From the NCBI RefSeq assembly GCF_009914755.1, contig NC_060933.1: 64,000 bases of DNA; one strand, written 5' to 3'. The stretch comes from the human T2T-CHM13v2.0 reference genome, Homo sapiens. The notes under the pieces were generated by a model that searched no databases, had not been told where the DNA came from, and saw only the letters and a list, made by a program, of their open reading frames with translations. Positions 25,051-38,490 of the stretch are shown here, in pieces (the stretch's first letter is position 1; the number at the start of each line of letters is the position of its first letter). The position numbers and the translations under genes were made by a program.

Positions 25051-27614
25051 AAAGAATACGGAATGGGAGTGAACATTTTCTGGCTGGCCCTGAAGCAGAG
25101 AGCTCTTTGCCCCTGCACTGAAGGCCCCTCTCTTAATAAGTCTTTTGTCCCCTCCCCACCTGTCAGGCACCAGGTCGCATGCAGCCTGTGAGTGCAGAGA
25201 AAGAGCTAACAAGAGTGGCCTTTCTGGACCAAGCTGAAGCCTGGCGCTGCCCGGGCAGCCTCTCTTCCAACCATGGGGTCGGGAGTCCAGGCTTTGGGGC
25301 GGCCCCTCTGGATGTCATTTGCTTGCAAGTCGGTGGCCCCAGGTGGTTGCAGCCAAGGGACTTTCTGACCTGCAGTCATGTGGCCAGCTGCTTCCTTCTC
25401 CATTCTGTGGGGCTCTGCACCTGCCCTGGCCTCAGAGCTTCTACGGTGGCCATGTGGCCTGGGCAGGGTGGCCTTCTGTGGCCTCGGGCAAGGCGCCTAA
25501 CTTCTCCAAACCTGTTTCCTCAGCTGTATAAGGGGGGCAATGCCACCTGCCTCTCCATGATGGCTGCGGTGACGCTGGCGCCTGGGACGAAGCTGGTCCT
25601 CAGCACACGGTCACCTTTTTCCCCACAAGCCTCCCCTCGCTCATTGCCTGGCCCATTTACCCCAGAGATGGAGGCCATCTCAGTGATCTCAGTGTTGCTC
25701 TCTATGTCCCTTCTGCTGTCACCTTGCTGCCAAGCGCAACAGCTCACAAAGGCTGGATCCTCTTGGGCGACCCTGAGGCCTGCCTGCTGTGTGAACCTCA
25801 CTGAGTTGGGGCGTTTCCTCCAGGACTTTGAGTTCAAAGCTTTGCAGACAGGTTGCTATTCAAGATCTCCCCCAGAGCCTCCACTTCCACATGTGGCCGG
25901 CGCCCATTCCCTCTGCAGAGCAGCCTGCTGCTGCAAGGGGGCCTTCAACACCGTGGCACAGCACAGCTGTTTGGAGAGCGGGCTCTGTGAGGCCAAAATC
26001 CAAAACCCGCCTGGGCACGGACAACCTGCGCCACCTTGGGCATGCCACTGCACCTCAGCTTTGAACCTCAGCTTCCTCTACTGTAAAGCAAGGTGATAAT
26101 AGGAGTAACCACTCGAGCCTGTTTCTCAGATTAAATGAACTAACGCCATAATGTGCCCTGCATGAGTCTTGGCCTTGTGTGTGAGAGACCCTAGCCATGA
26201 ATTGAGAAGGTGCTTTACATTTCCCTACCCCCATTGTCTATGTTAATTGTGACACAACTTCCAGCAGCTACAGGAGCAGCCCGATGTCACAGGGTTCACT
26301 GCCTGTGAATCCTTGGCTTTGCACAAGGCCTGCCCTCCTCAGCAAGCAGCAGGGGAGCCCGGCTCATGAACGCAGGGTAGCTGGAGAGGACTTGGCCAGA
26401 GCCCCCTCTCTAGGCCACATGGCCCCCGGAGCGTGGTCTCAGTGCTCTGCTCCGGCCTGGGAAGGGTCGGCACTCTTTCTGGGACCTTCAGCCCCTACCC
26501 CCTCAAGGGAAAATGTCAGTTGGCTTTGGACTCAGTTTTCCAGGTGATGGGGAAACTGCCCGTGGAGTTTGGAGCTGAGCGGCACCCAGGCCACACAGCC
26601 TAGGATTGGCTTTCTTGGTGGGATGGCACAAGATACCCCCTAGCTCCCCTGTGGCTCTGGAGTCAGGAGATCCACGTGACCTCCATCTGCTCCAACTCAA
26701 CGGAGAGAAGGTGATGGGGGCGGGGGCACTGTGGCGGCTGGGAGAGAACCACAGTCATTTCCTTGGCGCAGCCATTTTATGTGAAGATTGAAGGAGAGAA
26801 AAACGTTCTTTTATTGAAACAAATAGGAATTGTGGCAAAAACAATACTATGTGTCCGCCAAATCCCATTTTATTTTTGTCTGTTTGGGTGCCCAGGAAGG
26901 GGGCACGTCCCATTGTCCCAGCACTTCTGTCGGGGTCATGGGACTGCGTTCTGGCCAAGGGCTTGTGGGAGGCGGTGGAGTCAGCCCCTCCCTGAACAAC
27001 ATCCCCTGAGGACCCCTCCTGTCCCCTCATCTTGCCAGAAGCAACTGGGAGGCGTGGTTGAGGAGAAAGACCAGAGCCTGTCTGCGAAGAGGCATCCTAA
27101 GAGCCAGCAGACCCACGTGAACCTTTGAATTCTCAAGAAATAAACTTCCGCTGTGTTAAGCCACGGAGCCCTGTGGGTTTATCTTTTCAGGGTAGCCTAA
27201 CCTAGCCTGGCTAATATGCGGATGTCATATAGAGCAGAATGCAGTATTTACAGGACTTTTAAAGCTAAAACAAATGGCTTCAAATAAATGGCTGCTTGTA
27301 GCTGGCCTCTCTGGGACATGCTCTCAGACTTCTGACCTGTCAATCTCTGCGGGTCAGTCTCCTCCCAGGATAGCTGGTGATGGATCCAGTGACCCACTGA
27401 TGCCACCCACCCCCCAACCCCCCGCCGCTGGCTCTGGAAATAGCTCAAAGCAGGTTTATTTAAGTGGTGGGTGAGGAGCTGTGACGGTGGAAATTCTTCA
27501 GTGGATCCCGTCATCCACCCTGGGTATCTGATGATTAGCGCCCAGTGACAGGTGAGCCCAGGGCAGGCCTCGGAGGCTTCCAACAACCGTTCTACCAGGG
27601 GCGAGAGAAGCCAG

Positions 27615-27960
27615 GCGATGGACTAGATGTCTGTGTCCCTCCCAAATTCATCTGATGAAATCCTAGCCCCATTTAGGGAGGTGGGGCTTTTGGGAAGTGA
27701 TTAGGTCGTGAGGGCGGAGCCCTTGTGAATAGGAATAGTGCCCTGGGAAAAGAGACCCTAGAGAGCTGTCACTCTCTTCCTACTGTGTAAGGATACAACC
27801 GGTCTGCAAGCCTGGAAGAGAACCCTCACCAGGACCCAACCGTGCAGGGATTGTGATCTTGGACTCACAGGCTCCAGAACTGGGAGAAATAAAATTTCTG
27901 TTGTTTATCCACTGCCCAGTCTACAGTACTTCGTTATAGCAGCACAAATGGATTAAGACA
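27615..27960 (+). mobile_element. MaLR solo LTR (MLT1A-like)
   Basis: TGTGTCCCTCCCAAATTCAT...CTCCAGAACTGGGAGAAATAAAATTTCTGTTGTTT...GATTAAGACA. Confidence 0.8.
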
Positions 27961-29701
27961 CCAAGCCAATCTCCGGAGGGGGTTCACAGCTCCTCCCTGG
28001 GCCCCAGTGTGAGCCAGCCCAGCACCTGAGCACCGGTGCCAGTATGACATACACTCCAGGGCAGGGCTGGGGGTCCCAGCTGGACTCAGGTGACCTTGGA
28101 TGAGTTACTTCTCCTGGGCCCCCAGCTTTGTGAAAGCCTGGATTTACCCCACAAGTAAAAAATTGGAAGTGATGATGGCATTTGAAGCTTTTTCCTTACA
28201 TGCAGCCCCAATATATAAAACAGCTAGCTGAGCTGCTCTAAGGTTTCATGGGATCTAGCTTGAAAACCCCTGGGCCAGAGGCTCTCTTGGGTTCCCTTCT
28301 GTAGGTATTTGGCGAGGTGATGGGCTGAGGGTGGTGTTGGCTTCTGCCCCATCCCTCTGATCACACAGGGCAAAACAGGTTCCTTCACTGAAGAGGCCTT
28401 AATTCATGTCCTAACTTGCTGGGTATTTGGGGCAAGACCCCTCCCCTCTCTGGGCTTCCCTTGCCTCATGCGTAATATTGAAAGGCAGGCGTCAGCAGCT
28501 GCGGATACAACCTTATTGTAAAGCCCGTCACGTCAGAATGGGAAAGCCGCAGTTGCCTGGGTTAAAGACAGAGGTGGGGTCTGAGCCCTGAGGGGATCCT
28601 GGGGGGCGGGCAGCAGCGTGAAAGGGCCCTTGTGGCCTCCACAGTCCCCACTCGATCCCCCAAAGACATACCTGGCCCAAGCCAGCCCTAAGCTCTCATG
28701 CTGCCCTAGCTGCCTCCCCTCCAGGCTGCAGGGCCTCGGGCAGGCAAACCCGGGGTTCTCCAGCAGAGTGGCACAACAGCTCTGCCACACTGCAGAGCCG
28801 TGACCTGTGACACAGGAGCCTGGGACGGAGGTGCTGGTACATCTGAGGAATGTGCAGAATCTGAATGGGTCATCAAAAGGTGAACTGGGATCCAGAGGGC
28901 CACAGGGGTTACCCGCGGGAACAGGGCCTGCCAAAGTGGCCTCCCTGGGCGTGGGGGGCTGCGTGAAATGAACATTTCTCTGACGCCAATGGGTGAGGGG
29001 ATTTCCAGGGAGCTGGGGTCTCACTTTATTTTTAACTCAAGGCCATCTGCTTTCCACTTGCCAAATATTCTTAAATATTCAGAGCAGATATATGCTGCTC
29101 CCCAAGGGTAGAAGGGGAGGAGGGGGTGATAGGAGGGGGCAGGGCCTCCGTTCCGAGGGACAGAGCCACCAGCTGGACCAGCAGCCCCAGGAATCACCTC
29201 TTTGGTGCAGGATGAATGGTTTAGTTCTCTAGGGAGGCACCTGCCTCTGGCTTCCCCCGTGAGGGTGAAACATGCAATGCTCACCGGTCTAGCCCAAGCC
29301 GAGCACTGTGGCCCCTCTTGCACACAGGGAGCTGCAAGGGGGCCATCCTGTCTCCCAGGGCAGCCACAGAGTCTCTCACCAAACTCTAGGGACAGATCCC
29401 TCCCTCCATACGGGAAACTGTCCCCAGCAGATCAATGGTTGAAAGATTTTCCAAACCCCTCCCTCTACCTCCCCCAGGATCTCACAGTTTCCTTGAGGCA
29501 ATATTTAGCTTCCCAGGCAAATACTAAGCTTTAAGGGAGAAAAAAAATTAAAAGGTGTTTTTTTCTCAACAATTGACCCCAAGTGAACAAGTATTGTCCA
29601 CCGCGGTGGATTTGCTGTCAAAAATTATCATGCAGAACAAACTGTCAATACTTCGCAGTCGTTTATACAATGAGCCTGTGTTTAGCAACACTCAGCTTCG
29701 T

Positions 29702-29707
29702 TTTATT
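29702..29707 (-). terminator. Candidate distal poly(A) signal for the minus-strand gene
   Basis: AATAAA on the minus strand in an AT-rich unique block with GU-rich sequence downstream; usage not demonstrated. Confidence 0.4.
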
Positions 29708-30518
29708 ATTGCGTTTTATGAAGTTGCCAAGACAACTGAGGCCAAGTAACAGAACCTTGACTTTATGCGCCATGAAAATTTAATAAAGAATTTTGAAAGG
29801 CTTTTTAGAGGCAGGAGCTGCAGTCTCTTAAAGGCAGAGCTCAGCACAGAGCGGAGGGGGCTGGAGCACGTGGGGCCTCTCACCAGACCTCCAGGAGCCT
29901 CCGCTGTCAGGGGCGTGGAGGTGGGCAGACGTATTTCCTGGCATCCGTCTTGTTTCCGCACGTCGAGACCCTTCCTTTTCTCGACAGACATGTATTAAGA
30001 CACTTCCCAGGTGCCAAGTCCCGCACCCGGTTCTTTACATACATTACGACGTGATCCCCACTATCTAGGCAAGGAGCAGGGATCAGAGAGGTAAAGTCAC
30101 TGGCCCGTGGTCATTTAGGCAGAGCGCAACAGATAGAACAAAGTGCATATGAAGGTCTGACTGCAAAGCCCTCGCTTTTCCAGAACAGTTCACGGCCTCC
30201 TCTGGGATTCTCAGCCCTCGCTTTCCCCATTCTGATGCAACAGGTTCTGAAGGGAAAATATCCCTGCGGTCTGCGAGGGGCTTGGGGGAGCAGTCAGTGT
30301 TCTGTGGCCCAAGACTGGGTCCTGGTTGGAATCTTAGCAAACACCTTCATGTTGGAGGACATGTTTCCCGTGAGCCTCTTGGTGAGCACAAGACACTACC
30401 GCAGGGCTGCAAAGAGCCCTCTCCACTCCGCTCTCTAAATAACACTCGGAAGCCAATCACCAGAAATGAGAAAAACATCGTAATTTTGCCATTTTCTACC
30501 AAAGCTCAACGGTGCTCA

Positions 30519-30716
30519 GTGTGTGTGTGTGCGTGCGCACGTGTGTGCATGCGTGTGCGTGTGTGCATGTGTGTGCGTGTGTGCATGTGTGCATTGTGTA
30601 CGTGTGTGCATGTGTGGTGTGTGCGCGCACATGCGTGTGTGTGCATGTGTGCGTGTGTGCATGCGTGTGCATCGTGTGTGCGTGCGTGTGTGTGCATGCA
30701 TGCGCGCGTGTGTGTA
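30519..30716. repeat. Alternating purine-pyrimidine (TG/CG/TGCA) repeat
   Basis: Direct inspection. Confidence 0.95.
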
Positions 30717-33700
30717 TAAGCATTATGCTGCGTGGTTTTTCCAGTTATATAAAAATCAAGACTTTTGGCTACTAGAGATAAAGGTAAATGAAGACGTGGC
30801 CTATTCTGCAGAGCTCCTTCATCTCCAGGAACAGAAAAAAATTTAGACTTATTTTGTGAGGGAGAAATTCATATGCCATAGGGGAAAATTTCTCTCACAT
30901 TCATCAAACCAAATGGGAGATTGGCAAAAATATCCATCAAGGTGAGGTGGATTTCAGGTTAATACACACGGTGGTGAATGATCCCTCCGTGCGAGGAGGA
31001 CAGCGCTCTCAGCCATGGGGAATGCCAGCTCCCTGCCGGGAGAGCCATCATTTCTGAGCTTTCAGGGAAGATGCTCGTGTGCTGGCCATTGCAAGCCCAA
31101 TTCTCAATTACAGGGCCAAGGAGTAGAGGACATTAGTCAAGAAATGGGGAAAAAATTAAGCTATTCTGGAGGGACACTCTGCCAATCACAAGGCACATTC
31201 CGGGTGTCAGAGGAGCAGCAGGAATCATTTCTCAGCCTACGAATGTCTTTAAACATGTGGGAATGAAGGGGAGGTGGGGCGTTGGGGGGAGGGCAGGAGG
31301 AGCTGACCAGTGTGGTTTCATCTGTCTTGATGGATAACATTATTCAAGAAAGAGCTTTTACCTTCATCCCTTCACACTTTGTAGGAAGCCAGTAGCCAGG
31401 CTGAAGATAACACTACGTTTGAGCAGCGCCTTCGTTTACAAAACACTTTCACATTGATGACATTTTCTGTGATCTCGTCTTATGCTCCCAAAGATCAAGT
31501 GAGACAGGACTTGCCACTCTCACTAAGTGGCTGGGAGACCTGGAGCCCTTCCTGGGGTGCTCAGCAGGAGAACAGATCAGAGAGCCTCAAGCTAAGTCCC
31601 CAGAACTGAGTGGAGCAAACACCCAGCCTCTGCGGGACGTGGGTTTCCACACCTGCAAAATGGGATGTTTTGGGGAGTGCTGAGGCACCGTGCAGAACCG
31701 AGGAAGTGCCGAGGAAGGAGTGTGGGATCTGGAGCCAGCCGGGGGGCTCAGGTGGATCCTGGCTCTGCACTTCACCAGCACGAGACCTCGAGACCTTGGT
31801 CAGTCACTAAGCCTCCTGGAAGCCACTTCCCTGCCTGGGAAAACAGAGTGCCAGTGATCCTCATCCTTGGTGGGTTGGATGGATCTAGAAGTGCTTTGTA
31901 AACTGTGAAGGATTGAGCATGTGCTGATAAAATCATGCAGGAAAGGGCCTGGGGTCTAGAAAGGCATGGAACACCATTTCAAGTGTCTGGGCTCCTATCC
32001 TCCCACTCCATTCCCCTGACTACCTACATGCACATCCGGAGGACCTGCTGGGAACTCAACAACCCCACACAAACTCAGGGCAATGCAGAGTTGAAAGGAG
32101 GCTGGCTAGCCGGCTGGAGGGGTGTTGGTGAGGACTGCCCAGCCTGGTGTCCTGTCTGTGAGATTGAATGGGAGGGGGTGCCCATGGGTACGCAGCCCAG
32201 GCCTGGCCACAAAGGGCCATGGAGAGACACCTAGAGTCGGAGGAGCTATTATCTGTTTACGGACACAGGACAGCTGCCGTGTCCCAGGGAGCCAACAAGG
32301 CAGCCGGGAATGTAGAGGTGTTCAGCGGATCGGCTTGGCAAGGTTTAGAAATCTGTGCTTCTTAAAGGCACCCGCAGGCAAAGTGGAGAGCAAGTGTGGT
32401 AACACTGTCTCCTCTCCCGGGTTCTGCTAAACGTTCCTATTCACAGCAAGCACCTGCTGGCCCCTGCTCTGTGCCAACGTGGACCCAGCACATGCCTGAC
32501 CCTGCAGGAACGCACAGCTGGGTGGGAACCAATGCTGTGGTCCCACAGTGCGCGCGACAAGACAGGAACTTTCCAGTTCTTGGAAGTAGATGGAAGGAAC
32601 CGCTCACTCTGTTTGGGGGATTGCAGCGGGGACACTGGAACTGAACCTTGAAAGTCTGTTTGCCACTGGGCAGAGGAAGGCCATTCCAGGCAGAGGGGCC
32701 AGCAAGACAAGGGTGGTGGGAAATAGCACATCCTCCTCCTGTCTCATGACAACAGATACAAACAGTCCTGGGAGCAGGGGTCGGACAGGGGCTCAGGGAG
32801 GCTGCAGAGCCTGGTCCTGAGGTGCAGGGGTCAGGTGCGGGCCTTAGGATGGAAAGAAGGGAAGGGTGCCGATAAGGGCTGCTTTCAATAGGTGACTGGA
32901 CGTCAGCTCTGTGGCTCTCCAAGTTCCTTCCAGACCTATGGAGATGGAGGGTAGGGTGGAGGGGTGAGAGGCAGGGAGGCAGCGGAAGCCCAGGCGAGAG
33001 ACCGTGTCCGAGTTTGGGGGACTGGACAGAGGCTGGGAGGAGAAGTAAGAGGAAGCCAGGTGGTTTGTTTTAGGGATGGATGCTGCTCTCTCCTGGAGGC
33101 CCTGCCTCTGCCCACTGGGAGGGGTCTGTTGGGACCAGCACTTGCTAACAGCTGCACTGAATCTAGCGGGTCTTTATAAGTATAAGCACCTATTGCAGGC
33201 TCCATTTTGGCCAGGCCGTGAGGACAAAGCTCCCGCCCCTAACAACAGAAATGCTGAGCCCGTCCCCCTAGGAGGTTGGAAGGAAGGGAGCAGGCAGTGT
33301 CAGCAAGGCAGGAGCAAGGAGGCTGCCCCGGGGCACACCCAAAGAAAGGGTAGGTGGGCCCAGTTCTGTGGGTCTGTCCTGTTCTCCTGATGCTTCCCTC
33401 CCCAGATTGGTCCCACTAACTTGTCATACTTGGATGTGAACCCCCCAAACTGAGCACAGGCTGAGCTTGATCTTCTTACCCGTTCATTCCAAGCCCCCGG
33501 AGTGCCCAGCTCTCCAGGAACTCAGCCAGCAGACTAGGGAGAGGACTGTGTGTGCATTGAGGGTGGGGAGAGACAGGCGTCAGGAGGAGCGGGAAGGGGC
33601 AAGAGAGCGGGAGGGAGAAGACGCTGGAGATGGATCCTGAGGGCGCTTGCAGGGATGGGGCTTATCCTGCAGCAAAGCACAGGGGCTGCCCAGCTATGTG

Positions 33701-34192
33701 TGCCGTGCCTCTGGGCCAGCCAGACTCCCGGCTCTACTTCCTATCTTCTCGGAGGAAGGAACCATCTGCTTTTGCTATCGTTTCAATTACATCCAATAAA
33801 ACGAGTGGCCGATTACCAAAGGGGTAAACACAGTGGTGCTTCTTATTAGGAATGGAGGAGGCGGGGTGATTCAGTTATCACTCATTCTGACAATGGAGCA
33901 GCCTCGAAATGCTTTCAGTTAAACTGAAAAGGGCCAATCTGTCAGGACTGGCCTCTCATAAAACCACAGCCTCATTTCCCTAACAATCAGCAGGGAGGCT
34001 CTGTGCCCTGCGGGTGGGTGGGGCTATCGGGGCCTTGTCTGCAGAGGAGGGGGCTGCTCCCGGGACAGAGGGGCCATGGTGGGCGGAGCAGCCCGCCTCC
34101 AGATGATGGCATGGGGTGGGAGAGGCCCTCACCAGGAGAGCTGATGTTTTCATATCACCCCAAACAAGGTGGCTGGAATTCAACCTCTTGAT

Positions 34193-34198
34193 TTTATT
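34193..34198 (-). terminator. Candidate proximal poly(A) signal for the minus-strand gene
   Basis: First canonical AATAAA I found 3' of the stop codon on the minus strand, followed by GU-rich TTGTTTGGGGTG. Confidence 0.35.
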
Positions 34199-36571
34199 TT
34201 TCAAAATATTCAATGTGCTTGGTTGGTTTTAGACCTGAACATTGCGCTCCACTTTGGCAAGCGAGTACTTTCTGAAGACCAACTTCAAGAAATGGTGTCA
34301 CGTGAGAGCTTTGTTAAGACTTCTGGTGGCTCCCAGCTGATGACAAGTGTGCCCAGACATGCTTACTCTGGTCTTTCTCTGGGAAATCCATTTGTTCTGC
34401 CAAAGGGGACTGGGAGAGCTGCATGGGGGCTTCAAACATTGTTTCTCACAATGGACCATTTAGGAGCCCTGACTGCCTTGTCCCATGCCACCAGACCATG
34501 ACGGACCCCAGGCAGCCCCGAGCGGGGTAGCTGCAGGGTCTTTACTTGGAGCTGAATTCATTCTCACCCAGGGACAAGGAGCCAAAGACAGACACACCTG
34601 GACCAAGTCCTGACTACATGGCCTCCTGGGCCTTCCTTTCCTCATCTGAAAGGGGAGCAGCATTACAGACCTGCCCTACTACCTGGGGAACTGAGCCGAT
34701 GACACCTCCACAGTGCCCCATGTAGAGAACACTCGACACACCTCAGGAGGCACATCCTGCCAGTGCCACCTTCCCACCTGTCCTGCCTTCTGCTTGGGAA
34801 AATAAAGTGATTGCAGAAGTCTGCTGTCACTCACTGAACACCCCAGAGTGGGCTCTGCAGGGCTCAGTTCCACGGCCCCTCTAGGCTGGGGAAGGGCAGC
34901 GGCCTTTGGGCTCTGCTAGCAGCAGGGAAGGGGTGCTGCGCGGCAGCCACACCGTGGGGGAAACAGGTTTTCCTCTTTGAGAGGGTGAACTCCTGGCAGG
35001 AAGGAGCTCCAGGCAAGGATGAACAGAGCAGCCCCTGCTCTGAAATCGCTTGCCAACAATTGGAGACATCTTGGATTAACAATCTTGCCTTTGGGTTTAA
35101 AAATATCTGGGGAGGGCGGATTCAAGTAACTTGTTTCCACAGATGCTTTTGAGTACCTGTTATGAACCAGGTCAACTGCTCTTATCAGTTTGGGTCAGGA
35201 GTCAGGGACAGGATGTTGGAAGGAAGGAGGAGAAAGCTGCAGGAGCTTATTTGGGATGCACCTCTGCCTCCCAGAACCCTCCCTTGCCACGCACTACGAG
35301 CATTTTCTGAGTCCTACAGTGCACCACACCAGGCACAGTACTAGCGCCTCAAATACTTTCCTGCACCTCGCTTGGAGCACGATGACTGACTCTTCCCAGG
35401 TTCCTCAGCATCCTTTAAAGGGATCCTCCAGGAAAGGGCCACATTAACCCCAAATCCAACCACACTCTGGAGAGCTTGGCTTTGCCAGGTCCTGCCTGCC
35501 TGTCTTCAATAGGCCCTGGACCTTGGCATGCCCAAGGCTGTTTCCAAAATGCCACCTTCTGCTGCCTGTGAGGCGTTTCCTCCGAGAGGGGGGCTACCTG
35601 GGGATACAGATGGAGACAAGGAAAGGGTCTCATGGAAGACAGTGTGAGCTCCCCTGACCCTGGCACCAGGTCTGACATACACTACTCCTCTTGCTCTGGT
35701 TCTTATCCATGTCTGATTTCCTTCCCTCACCCAGGGCTCCCAGCACAGTGCTGGGCATGCAGGGACCCCTGGCAGTGCTTGTTGTGGACACGCTGGCCAC
35801 ATGACCAGCACCCCACCTATGCAGGGGTCCACTCAGACCATCTGGTCAGGGAGGCTAAAGATGGGATTCCTGCTTTGGGGTCACAGTCAAACAAAATCAA
35901 ACAAAATGATCTCTGAGGCTCCTGCCAGCTCTGAGGCTCCAGGAGTCTTAGTTACTTCTTAATTAATTTTTTCTTAATTAATAACAAACCAAATATTGCA
36001 GCAACAGGCAAGCTAATGAACTAAATGAGGTTAATCTGTTCACTACACCCATGTAGCACATGACTGGGATGGGAGATTCGCAGATGCCTACTTGATATTT
36101 CCACTTCCTTCTCTCGGAACGGGCGGCAGGAAATAAACACGATGTTCTCAGGCTTTTCCCGGTGGGCGCGTGGAGGCCCCGGCAGCAGATCCTAACACTC
36201 GGCTTCCTCTCCACAGCTCCGGGCCTTGGGATCGATTGTGTCCTGTGCCCCAAATACAACAGATTTGCCCCAGTTGGTGCTTCCTGTGAGCCCAGAATAG
36301 AAGGTGCCATCTGTCACGTTTTAGATGTCATATGTCCGATGACTGATGACTCAGAAACAGGGTGTATCACCAGGAGGTGTGAGGAGGAAGGCAGGTGAGA
36401 ACCAGCCAGCCTGGTGAAGCACAGCTCAGCCGCACACAGAGACAGTTCGTGGGGACCTCAGCTGGGCCCCTCGGCAGCCTGCCTGCCATTCCTCTGCAGG
36501 CAGAATGCCTGGGGCGCTCCAGCCCTGAAAGCTGCTCTCGTCTTCCGTTTTCCAGGAGGACAGAGTGGCCC

Positions 36572-36864
36572 TCAGGACAGGGTATGTCTGGGATGGGAGA
36601 GCTTATTGGCACAGCTGGTGCGGGGTGGGGGGTTGTCCCCTGCTGGCTGGGCCGAGGGGGAGGGCTCCTGGGGAGGGCCACGGTGTGGGGGCCGGCCCCC
36701 CGACGGGACGCCCCGGCCACACACCAGGCGTTTTTCATCCAGCAGGGACAGGTGGTACTCGCAAAGGTCAATCAGTGAGGCCACCTGCTCATGAAGTGGC
36801 AGCATCTTGAACTTCCTCTGAGCCAGGAAAAAGAAAGCTTCTACGAAGGCCTGCAGACACATCC
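36572..36864 (-). CDS. TTLL11: Last coding exon of tubulin polyglutamylase TTLL11 (phase-1 acceptor; (G)MCLQAFVEAFFFLAQRKFKMLPLHEQVASLIDLCEYHLSLLDEKRL...HPRHTLS*)
   Basis: Acceptor TCTCTTTGTTCACAG|GG at 36865/36864, globular helical peptide then a Pro-rich tail, TGA at 36574-36572; peptide recognised from memory as the TTLL11 C-terminus; no upstream exon found in the window. Confidence 0.82.
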
Positions 36865-37248
36865 CTGTGAACAAAGAGACTGGATGAGGGGGTGCACACA
36901 GCTGCCCTACGCTGCCCTGGGAAGGCCCACCTCCAGCCACAAGGATGTCAGCAAGAGCTAGCCCCGCTCCCCACCACCGTCTCCATTCCAGAAACTCCTA
37001 ACAGGGCTAACTCACTCACAGAGTGCCCACTGTGCCCACCAGGCACTAGCTGGGCATTTTATGGCCATGTGCAGACCAAATCTCTCACACAGACCTATGA
37101 AGGAAGTTCGGTTAACCCTATTTTGCAGATGAGGAAGTTGAGTCTCAGAGACACGGAGAGAGCTGGGGAAAGTTATATAAGATTTAAACCTAGCTCAAAG
37201 CCTTGTAAAATGTCCACAATGAAATGCCCCCATTAAAACCCAGCTCCT

Positions 37249-37550
37249 GGCTGGGCGCAGTGGCTCATGCCTATAATCCCAGCACTTTGGGAGGCCGAGG
37301 TGCGTGGATCACTTGAGGTCAGTAGTTCGAGACCAGCCTGGCCAACATGGAGAAACCTCATCTCTACTAAAAGTACAAAAATTAACTGGGCGTGGTGGCA
37401 TATGCCTGTAATCCCAGCTACTCAGGAGGCTAAGGCAGGAGAATTATTTGAACCTGGGAGGCAGAGGTTGCAGTGAGCTGAGATCGTGTCACTGTACTCC
37501 AGCCTGGGTGACAGAGTAAGACTCCATCTCAGAAAACAAAAACAAAAAAA
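37249..37550 (+). mobile_element. AluS with TSD AAAACCCAGCT
   Basis: Full dimer and flanking direct repeat. Confidence 0.95.
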
Positions 37551-38179
37551 CCCAGCTTCTTAACTTTTATAATCAGGGAACAAGGTTATGAAGATATGAA
37601 GATAAACCCGGTTTGACGGCAAAGTTCTATCTGATAACAGAGATGCTGGTTACATGGGTGTGTGCGTTTGTCAAAACTCAAGTTGTGCCTTAAGGCTCAT
37701 GCATTTTGCTGTCTGTAAATTTTACCCCCCAAAGTAAAATAAACCCAACTGTCATTTCTCTGGCCCAAACCATATTCTGGAAAGAATAAATAGTCATCCC
37801 TACGACACCCCTGGAATGCTCTTCCCTGGTTTTGTCTTATAAGCGTCTACTTATCTTTGGGACCTGAGCTCAAAATCACTGACTCAGTAAAACCTTCCCT
37901 GATCCCCAGATTAGACCCGGCCCCGGTACAGGATTCCTGCACTTCTCTTTGCAGCACCGGCTGCGACTTGCTCTGTGTCTATCTGTCTGTGTGGTCTCCA
38001 TCCTCCTCTCTGGACTGTGCGCTTCCCGTGCTGCCCAGAGGTGCTCAGTATAGATGAATGAGTGAATGAATGAATGGGTGCATTGACGCTAGGTACTTTA
38101 CCAACAGTGCCACTAATTCTCACAATACCTTTATGAGGTAAATATTATTATGCCCCATCTTACAGATTAAGAAACTGAT

Positions 38180-38490
38180 GGCAGGGTGCGGTGGCTCACA
38201 CCTGTAATCCTAGCACTTTGGGAGGCCGAGGTGGGCGGATCACGAGGTCAGGAGATGGAGACCATCCTGGCCAATGTGGTGAAACCTTGTCTCTACTAAA
38301 AATACCAAAACTAGCTGGGTGTGGTGGTGCATGCCTGTAATCCTAGCTACTCAGGAGGCTGAGGCAGGGGGAAACGCTTGAACCAGGAAGTCAGAGGTTG
38401 CAGTGAGCCAAGATCACGCCACTGCACTCCAGCCTGGCGACAGACAGAGCGAGACTCCATCTCAAAAAAAAAAAAAAAAGAAAAGAAAAA
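38180..38490 (+). mobile_element. AluS inserted in a MIR, TSD AAGAAACTGAT
   Basis: Direct repeat at 38169-38179 and 38491-38501; MIR core (CCCATCTTACAGAT...AGAGAGGTTAAGTAAC) on both sides. Confidence 0.93.

Noticed and set aside
25179-26096. 305-aa ATG-initiated ORF, the longest in the window
   Set aside because: No recognisable domain, composition typical of GC-rich noncoding DNA, overlapping ORFs on both strands, no promoter evidence; would need Ribo-seq or conservation to revive
36865-36940. N-terminal extension MAGGGPSQ... of the TTLL11 ORF in the ORF track
   Set aside because: Lies upstream of the splice acceptor, so it is intronic read-through
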